From Alphaproteobacteria bacterium (GTDB taxonomy: Bacteria; Pseudomonadota; Alphaproteobacteria; CALKHQ01), in assembly GCA_965227515.1 (NCBI GenBank), contig CBDDFZ010000001.1:2144001-2208000 (forward strand): a DNA stretch of 64,000 nt, read 5' to 3'. Both the position numbers and the translations under genes were made by a program. A model generated the notes under the pieces. That model ran no database searches, was not told the DNA's origin, and saw nothing but the letters and a program-made list of their open reading frames with translations. Shown here in pieces: positions 57,900 to 64,000 of this stretch (position 1 is its first letter; each line of letters begins with the position of its first letter).

Positions 57900-59249
57900 T
57901 CAGTCGCGGTCGGGGGCCTTGACCGGGATCATCAGCAGCAGGCCGATGACCAGCAGCACCATGATCACGCCCATGCCGATACGCTGGCTCTCCGTCCAGG
58001 CTGTCACCGCCGCGACCAGGGCCGGGCCGATGAATGCGGTGATCTTGCCCGACAGCGCAAACAGGCCGAACATTTCGGTGCGCATGTGCGGCGGCGCCAT
58101 GAGCGCCATCATGGTGCGGCTGGACGACTGGGTGGGGCCGATGAAGATACCGAGGAAGGCCGCGATGATATAGAACAGGGTCACGGACTCGATAATCAGA
58201 AGCGAGGCGCCGAAGAACGCCAGGGCGGCGACCGAGATCATGATGGTGCGTTTCGGGCCGAGCCAGTCGTCGACCCAGGCCATCAGGATGGAGCCGACAC
58301 CCGATGTCGCGATGATGATCAGCCCGAAGATCAAAACTTCCTCGGCATCCATGTTGAAGGCGCCGGCCGCATAGATGCCGCCCAGGGCGAACAGCGTGTT
58401 TAGCCCGTCGATATAGATCATTCGCGCCAGCAGGAACCGCAATATGTTGCCGTAGCGCTTGAGCTCGCGGAATGTCGCGACCAGGGAGCCCAGCCCCTCG
58501 CGCACGGCCTGGCCGGCCGAAATGCCGGTCGACGGCTTGTCCGGGGTCAGCAACAGCATCGGCAGACCGAACAGCACGAACCACAGCGCAATGACCGGTC
58601 CGGCGGCGCGGACATGCTCGGCATTCTCCTTGTCGAGCCCGAACGGGGCCTCGTCCGGCATGACAAAGACGACCAGCACCAGAAGGGTGCAGAACAGGCT
58701 GCCCATATAGCCGATGCCCCAGCCCCAGCCGGAGACGCGACCGAGCAGTCGCTTCGGCGTCAGGTCGGGCAGCATGGCGTTGTAGAAGACGGTCACGAAC
58801 TCGAACAGCAGGTTGCCGAACCCGGCCAGCATCAGGGCCAGAAGCCACGACGATGGCTCGGGCGTGACGTACCACAAGGCGCCGCCGACAATGGCGGCCA
58901 CCGCGCTGAGAAACACGATCCAGGGTTTGCGGCGGCCCGACCGGTCCGCGATCGCACCGACGATGGGGGCAAGGACCGCCAGCAGTATGCCGGAGATCGA
59001 CATCGCCCAGCCCCAGTCGCTCTGGCCCTGCAGCTTGTCGTCCGCGATCGCGCTCGCGAAATAGGTTGCGAACACGAACGTGACGATGACCGTGGGGTAG
59101 GGCGAGTTGGCGAAATCGAACAGGCACCAAGCGGCGATGCCGCGCTTGCGGCGCGGGGTCATCGGCGCCTCGGGGTCAAGGGCCTCGGCGTTGCCTGGGT
59201 TGCCGTTTCCGTTCAGGGGCGCGGCAGATTGCGACCGGTCGGTAGCCAT
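57900..59249 (-). CDS. MFS transporter (UMF1/Atg22-like)
   Basis: W..FDFANS, GAIADRSG.RK, FYNAMLP, SSRT, IGP; about 12 TM segments. Confidence 0.9.
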   Translation of the reverse strand: MATDRSQSAAPLNGNGNPGNAEALDPEAPMTPRRKRGIAAWCLFDFANSPYPTVIVTFVFATYFASAIADDKLQGQSDWGWAMSISGILLAVLAPIVGAIADRSGRRKPWIVFLSAVAAIVGGALWYVTPEPSSWLLALMLAGFGNLLFEFVTVFYNAMLPDLTPKRLLGRVSGWGWGIGYMGSLFCTLLVLVVFVMPDEAPFGLDKENAEHVRAAGPVIALWFVLFGLPMLLLTPDKPSTGISAGQAVREGLGSLVATFRELKRYGNILRFLLARMIYIDGLNTLFALGGIYAAGAFNMDAEEVLIFGLIIIATSGVGSILMAWVDDWLGPKRTIMISVAALAFFGASLLIIESVTLFYIIAAFLGIFIGPTQSSSRTMMALMAPPHMRTEMFGLFALSGKITAFIGPALVAAVTAWTESQRIGMGVIMVLLVIGLLLMIPVKAPDRD

Positions 59250-59353
59250 GATCCCCCCTCAATTCCGATCGCGCGGTGGCCGGGCCGGACTCCGGACATC
59301 GCTGGGTCCGACCCGGTACCGAACTCTATCGGGACCGTATGGCCAAAGCCGGC

Positions 59354-62176
59354 CTATCCGTCAATGAGGCGTTGCCACCAGCCTTTGCGTCGGCTGCGGG
59401 GGCGGGCCGGCGGCGGCGGGGCATCGTCGCCGGAAGCGTTGTCGTCCCCGGCTTCGTCAACCTGGGGTTCCGCTTCTGACGCCACAGCGCCGTTGCCGCC
59501 GCTGCCATTGGCCTGGCCGGGGGCGTCCTGCTCCTCGCGGGGCGCATCCTCGGCAGGCGGAGTTTCGGCGGGCGCTGCAGCGGTCTCGGCTTTCTCCGTC
59601 TCGCTCGCTTTCGTCCGGCGGCGGCGGGTGCGCTTCGGCTTCGCCGCCTCGGCGTCTGCCGCGGCCGGTGCCTCGGTCTCACCGGTTTCAGGCGTTTCGG
59701 TCGTTTCGGGCGACGTCTCGGCTGCGGCTTCGGCAGTGTCTGCCGCGGTCGACCGGCGGCGCCGGCCCGAGGATTGGCGCGTGCGCCGCTTCGGACGCTC
59801 CGCCTTCTCCGGCGCGGCGTCCGCATCGGCAGCGGCCTCCGCAACCGTCTCGGCCGGTTCCGCATCTCCTGTGGCGGCCTCTTCCGCCGGTGCGGCGGCA
59901 TCGCTGGCGCTGTCGGCGGCCACTTGTTCGGCCGCCTCGTCCTGGGCTTCGCCGTCAACGGTGGCGGCGGTCGCGCCCGCCGTCACGGTGCTGTCGTCGT
60001 CCTGGCGCCGCCGCCGGCGTCCGCCCCGGCGACCCCGCCGCCGCCGCTGGCCGCCATCGCCATTGGCGGTCTCGCCGTCTTTCTCGTCAGAGGACGCGCG
60101 TGCGGGCGGGGCCTCGTCGTCCTGCGTCTCCGCGGACGTCTCCTGCCGCTCCTCGCTGGCCGCGTTCGCCGGCTGGTCGTCGCGCCGCCGCTTGCGCCGA
60201 CGGGAACGTCCGCGCTTGCTCTGGCGATCGCCATCCTCCTCGCCGACCTCCTCGGTCGACCGGTTGTCCTGAGACCGTGAGTCGCCGCCGCGAGAGTCCG
60301 CGCCGCGGGACTCGGACCGCCGCTGCCGGCCGCCCTGGCGCTCGTCCTGCTGGCTGCGCGGCCGCTCGATGCGATAGTCCGGCGCCACCAGGTCCGGGTC
60401 GATGCCGACCTGGACGGTGATGCCGTAGCGCGCCTCGATGTCCGCCACCGCGGGGCGCTTCTGGTTCAACAGGTAAAGCGCGACCTCGGTCGGCACCATG
60501 ATGACCAGGGCATCGGTCCGGCCGCGCTGGCCTTCCTCCTCGATGCCGCGCAGGGCCTGCAAGGCGCTGGATTCGACCGAGCGGATGTGGCCGGTGCCGC
60601 CGCAATGCGGGCAGGCGCGGCTGCTGGTCTCCAACAGGCTTGGGCGCAGCCGCTGGCGCGACATCTCGAGCAGGCCGAACGGGCTGATCCGGCCGATCTG
60701 GATGCGCGCGCGGTCGCCGCGCAGCGCTTCCTTCAGCTTGCGCTCCACCGCGATGTTGTTGCGGTGCTCGTCCATGTCGATGAAGTCGATGACGATCAGG
60801 CCGGCCAGGTCGCGCAACCGCAACTGCCGGGCCATTTCCTGGGCCGCTTCCAGGTTGGTCTTCAGCGCCGTCTCTTCAATGTGCCGCTCGCGGGTCGACC
60901 GGCCGGAGTTGACGTCGACGGAGACCAGCGCCTCGGTCGGCGTGATCACCAGATAGCCGCCCGACTTCAGCCGAACGGTATTGGAGTGGATCTCGTCGAG
61001 CTGGCTTTCCACCTGGTAGCGCTGGAACAGCGAGACGCCCTCGTCCTTGTAGGGCTGCACCCGCTTGGCGTGGCTCGGCATCATCATCCGCATGAACTGC
61101 TTGGCGGACTTGTAGCCCTCGTCGCCCTCGATGATCACCTCGTCGATATCGCGGGAATAGAGGTCGCGGATGGTGCGCTTGATCAGGTTGCCTTCTTCGT
61201 GGATCAGCGCGGGGGAAACCGATTCCAGCGTGGTCTGCCGGATCTGGTCCCACAGCCTGAGCAGGTACTCGTAGTCGCGGCGGATTTCCGCCTTGCTGCG
61301 CTGGGCGCCGGCGGTGCGGACGATGACGGCCATGCCGTCCGGGATCTCCATGTCGTCCATGATCACGCGCAGGCGCTTGCGGTCGGCGCCGTTGCTGATC
61401 TTGCGCGAGACGCCGCCACCGCGCGCGGTGTTCGGCATCAGCACGCAATAGCGGCCGGCCAGCGACAGGTAGGTGGTCAGCGCCGCACCCTTGTTGCCGC
61501 GCTCTTCCTTGGTGACCTGGACCAGCATGATCTGGCCGCGCTTGATGACTTCCTGGATCTTATAGTTGCGCAGGATGCGCTGGCGCATCCGCTGCTGCTC
61601 GATGTCGTCGTCATCACCGCCGCCGACCGTCTCGACCGACTCTTCCTCGTCGTCGTCGCTGTCGTCGTCGGGCGCCGCGGCCTCGGCTTCGGGCTCGGCG
61701 CCATCCGTTTCGTCCGCTTCGGAATCGGCCTCCGCCGTCGCCTCTATGGCGTCTTCGGCGGCATCCTCGGCCGCGTCGTCGCCATCGGCGGGCGCTTCGT
61801 CCTCGACCTCGTCGTCTGTTTCGGACGACTTGCTGGCCATGCCGGCGACCGGCTCGGCGGGCTCACCGGCAACCGCATTGGCCGGGGCCGATTTCGCCTC
61901 GGTGCCGAACAGTGCCTCGCGGTCCGCGACCGGAATGCGGAAATAGTCGGGGTGGATTTCGTTGAAGGCCAGGAAGCCATGGCGGTTGCCGCCATAGTCA
62001 ACGAAGGCCGCTTGCAGTGAGGGCTCTACCCGCGTGACCTTGGCGAGGTAGATGTTGCCCTTGTTCTGAACCTTATTCGAGGTCTCGTAGTCGAACTCGT
62101 CAAGGCGATTGCCACTGAGGATCACCACGCGGGTTTCCTCCGCGTGGGATGCATCTATGAGCATGCGTTTTGCCAT
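59354..62176 (-). CDS. rne: Ribonuclease E
   Basis: MLIDA, GNIYL, AFVDYG..RHGFL, KEERGNKGA, DVNSG, IDFIDM, CPHC Zn-link; acidic S1 insert; Arg/acidic disordered tail ending GWWQR. Confidence 0.97.
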   Translation of the reverse strand: MAKRMLIDASHAEETRVVILSGNRLDEFDYETSNKVQNKGNIYLAKVTRVEPSLQAAFVDYGGNRHGFLAFNEIHPDYFRIPVADREALFGTEAKSAPANAVAGEPAEPVAGMASKSSETDDEVEDEAPADGDDAAEDAAEDAIEATAEADSEADETDGAEPEAEAAAPDDDSDDDEEESVETVGGGDDDDIEQQRMRQRILRNYKIQEVIKRGQIMLVQVTKEERGNKGAALTTYLSLAGRYCVLMPNTARGGGVSRKISNGADRKRLRVIMDDMEIPDGMAVIVRTAGAQRSKAEIRRDYEYLLRLWDQIRQTTLESVSPALIHEEGNLIKRTIRDLYSRDIDEVIIEGDEGYKSAKQFMRMMMPSHAKRVQPYKDEGVSLFQRYQVESQLDEIHSNTVRLKSGGYLVITPTEALVSVDVNSGRSTRERHIEETALKTNLEAAQEMARQLRLRDLAGLIVIDFIDMDEHRNNIAVERKLKEALRGDRARIQIGRISPFGLLEMSRQRLRPSLLETSSRACPHCGGTGHIRSVESSALQALRGIEEEGQRGRTDALVIMVPTEVALYLLNQKRPAVADIEARYGITVQVGIDPDLVAPDYRIERPRSQQDERQGGRQRRSESRGADSRGGDSRSQDNRSTEEVGEEDGDRQSKRGRSRRRKRRRDDQPANAASEERQETSAETQDDEAPPARASSDEKDGETANGDGGQRRRRGRRGGRRRRRQDDDSTVTAGATAATVDGEAQDEAAEQVAADSASDAAAPAEEAATGDAEPAETVAEAAADADAAPEKAERPKRRTRQSSGRRRRSTAADTAEAAAETSPETTETPETGETEAPAAADAEAAKPKRTRRRRTKASETEKAETAAAPAETPPAEDAPREEQDAPGQANGSGGNGAVASEAEPQVDEAGDDNASGDDAPPPPARPRSRRKGWWQRLIDG

Positions 62177-62787
62177 TTAGGCGTAACTCCGGACGCGCTG
62201 CGCCAGTCCATTCCGGGCGCGCGTCAATAGGTTGTGAGGGGTGTCCGTGACGTGTTTCGGGGGATCGCACGGACGAATGGGGGTGCCAGCTCATTCGGCG
62301 CAGCTCTGCGCCTGCGGGCACCTGTGGGGTCGGAGCACAATCATAGGTCTGGACGCTGAAACGGTATGTTTCAATTGCAGACCGGGCCATTGTCCATCCA
62401 TGTTGTTCGATGCGCCGACCAATGATCCTGGTCGATCAAATTTGGGCTGCGTTGCCGAACGCGGCGCTGTGGCCGTGCCGACATCGGCTCAAGAGAACTT
62501 GCCTCTCTTGCAACGACCGATGCCGCTAAATCCGCTAAGGGTCTATGTCTGGCAGCGATTAAACATATGCCACCGTAAAGGGTGGGACACGCAATCACGC
62601 AGTTCCAGCACTTAAGATAAGGTTTGTTGCCGTACTCAAACAACAAAAAACTTTGCGATCACAATGGGAACGGGGTGTTGCGGCGGTGAATGGTGGCCAG
62701 CTACAAGCGCGCGGCGGTCGAATGACAGGGTTCGAATCGGTGTTTGGCGTAGTGATGGCAAGGCGCGGCACGGCAAGGCGAGGCCCG

Positions 62788-64000
62788 ATGAGGCCACTGG
62801 CACTCCTGGCACTGGCCGGCTCGTTCCTATGTGTGCCGGCGATGGCGCTTGCGCAAGGTCCGCTGCCCGATGACCCGGGCCCGATAGCCGGCGAGACGGT
62901 ACCGCCGGACGACGCACCGGCCGCGCAAACCCACATCCTTGGCGCGCGCGTCGGCCTGCTGCCCGATGCTACGCAAGTGGTGCTCGACGTATCCGCGCCG
63001 GCGGAAGCCAATGTCTTGCTGCTGGCCGATCCCTATCGGCTGGCCATCGACCTGCCGCGGGTCTCCTGGTCCCTGAGCCCGGGCGGCGAGGTCGAGCTCG
63101 GCGCCGTCGACCGGTATCGCGCCGGCCTGATGACCGAGGAGCGTTTTCGCATCGTGCTGGACCTGAACCGGCCGGTGCGGGTGGAAGGCCCGGAACTGAT
63201 ACCGGCGGTTGGCGACAAGCCGCAGCGCCTGGTGTTCGAGCTTTACGACACCGACCATGACGACTTCATGGCCGTCATCGCGGCGCAGACCGCCGTGCTG
63301 CCCGAGACCGGCGAGGGCGCCCGGGCCGTGAGTGCCGCCGATGACGGCCGGCCGCTGATCATCATCGACCCCGGTCATGGCGGGGTCGACCCGGGCGCCA
63401 ACCGCGGCCGCATCCTGGAAAAGGACATCGTGCTGGCGGCCGCGCTGACGCTGCGGGACCGCCTGGAGGCGAGCGGGCAGTATCGGGTGCTGCTGACCCG
63501 CGAGACCGACGTGTTCATTCCGCTGGCCGTGCGCGCGGCGCTGGCGACCGCGCTGTCGGCGGACCTGTTCATCTCGCTGCACGCTGACGCCTATCACACC
63601 ACCGCCGCGCGCGGCGCCTCGGTCTACACGTTGTCGACGGTGGCGTCCGATGCCGAGGCGCGGGCGCTGGCGGAGCGCGAGAACCGGTCCGACATCCTGG
63701 CCGGTGTCGGCTACCAGGGTGGCGACGACGTCGTCGGGCGCATCCTGTTCGACCTGATGATGGACGTGACCGCGCGCGACTCGATAGGTCTGGCCGAGAC
63801 CATGCTGGACGAGTTCGCCGCCGTGACCGACCTGCTGGAGAACCCGCACCGCTATGCCGGGTTCGCGGTGCTGAAGACCGCCGGCACGCCGGCGTTGCTG
63901 GTGGAGTTGGGCTATGTGTCGAACCCCAGCGACGCGGCGCGGCTGAACGAGGCCGACTACCGCGACGTGCTGGTCGGCGCCATGGTCCGCGCCATCGACG
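62788..64000 (+). CDS. amiC: N-acetylmuramoyl-L-alanine amidase (AMIN + Amidase_3), 3'-truncated by window edge
   Basis: Not in the ORF track (no stop within the window). Read directly: MRPLALLALAG signal, DPYRLAIDLP, IIDPGHGG.DPGA, EKD, FISLHAD, GASVY, AGFAVLK, LVELGY.SN; divergent from rne. Confidence 0.92.
   Translation, partial: MRPLALLALAGSFLCVPAMALAQGPLPDDPGPIAGETVPPDDAPAAQTHILGARVGLLPDATQVVLDVSAPAEANVLLLADPYRLAIDLPRVSWSLSPGGEVELGAVDRYRAGLMTEERFRIVLDLNRPVRVEGPELIPAVGDKPQRLVFELYDTDHDDFMAVIAAQTAVLPETGEGARAVSAADDGRPLIIIDPGHGGVDPGANRGRILEKDIVLAAALTLRDRLEASGQYRVLLTRETDVFIPLAVRAALATALSADLFISLHADAYHTTAARGASVYTLSTVASDAEARALAERENRSDILAGVGYQGGDDVVGRILFDLMMDVTARDSIGLAETMLDEFAAVTDLLENPHRYAGFAVLKTAGTPALLVELGYVSNPSDAARLNEADYRDVLVGAMVRAID

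Overview
High-GC alphaproteobacterial chromosomal segment. The evidence for this is ccrM, a stand-alone atpI-B-E-F'-F (Fo) cluster, smc-dsbA-dciA divergent from mutY, and rne divergent from amiC. Housekeeping genes include carA (partial), recJ, glpX, class I fumarase, rnhB, ccrM, hisI, folE, smc, mutY, an Atm1-like ABC transporter, rpmB, yhhQ, tgt, nagB, upp, eryD/eryA-like genes, hldE, rne and amiC (partial). Palindromic REP/REPIN-type repeats of several families fill many intergenic gaps. The most unusual part is 15.4-21.8 kb. An HlyC/RtxC toxin-acyltransferase gene has its last 157 bp duplicated, with only four differences, all synonymous. The two copies bracket an AT-rich, integrase-free 1.7 kb islet that carries a tightly coupled three-gene operon: DUF4160, DUF2442 with an atypical tail, and an unknown protein. 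This is a candidate tripartite toxin-antitoxin or defence module. Downstream lies a 1085-aa RTX-like protein built mostly from MARTX C-type 18-residue repeats, with no visible effector or pore domain. Other points of interest: a class III cyclase-TM2 fusion inside a probable queuine-salvage locus (yhhQ plus a variant tgt), three tandem 4-Cys secreted paralogues, a probable 7(1)-knot protein, a diheme peroxidase-beta-helix fusion, and three GANTC sites in front of ccrM. All family assignments come from motif recognition by eye; no searches were run.
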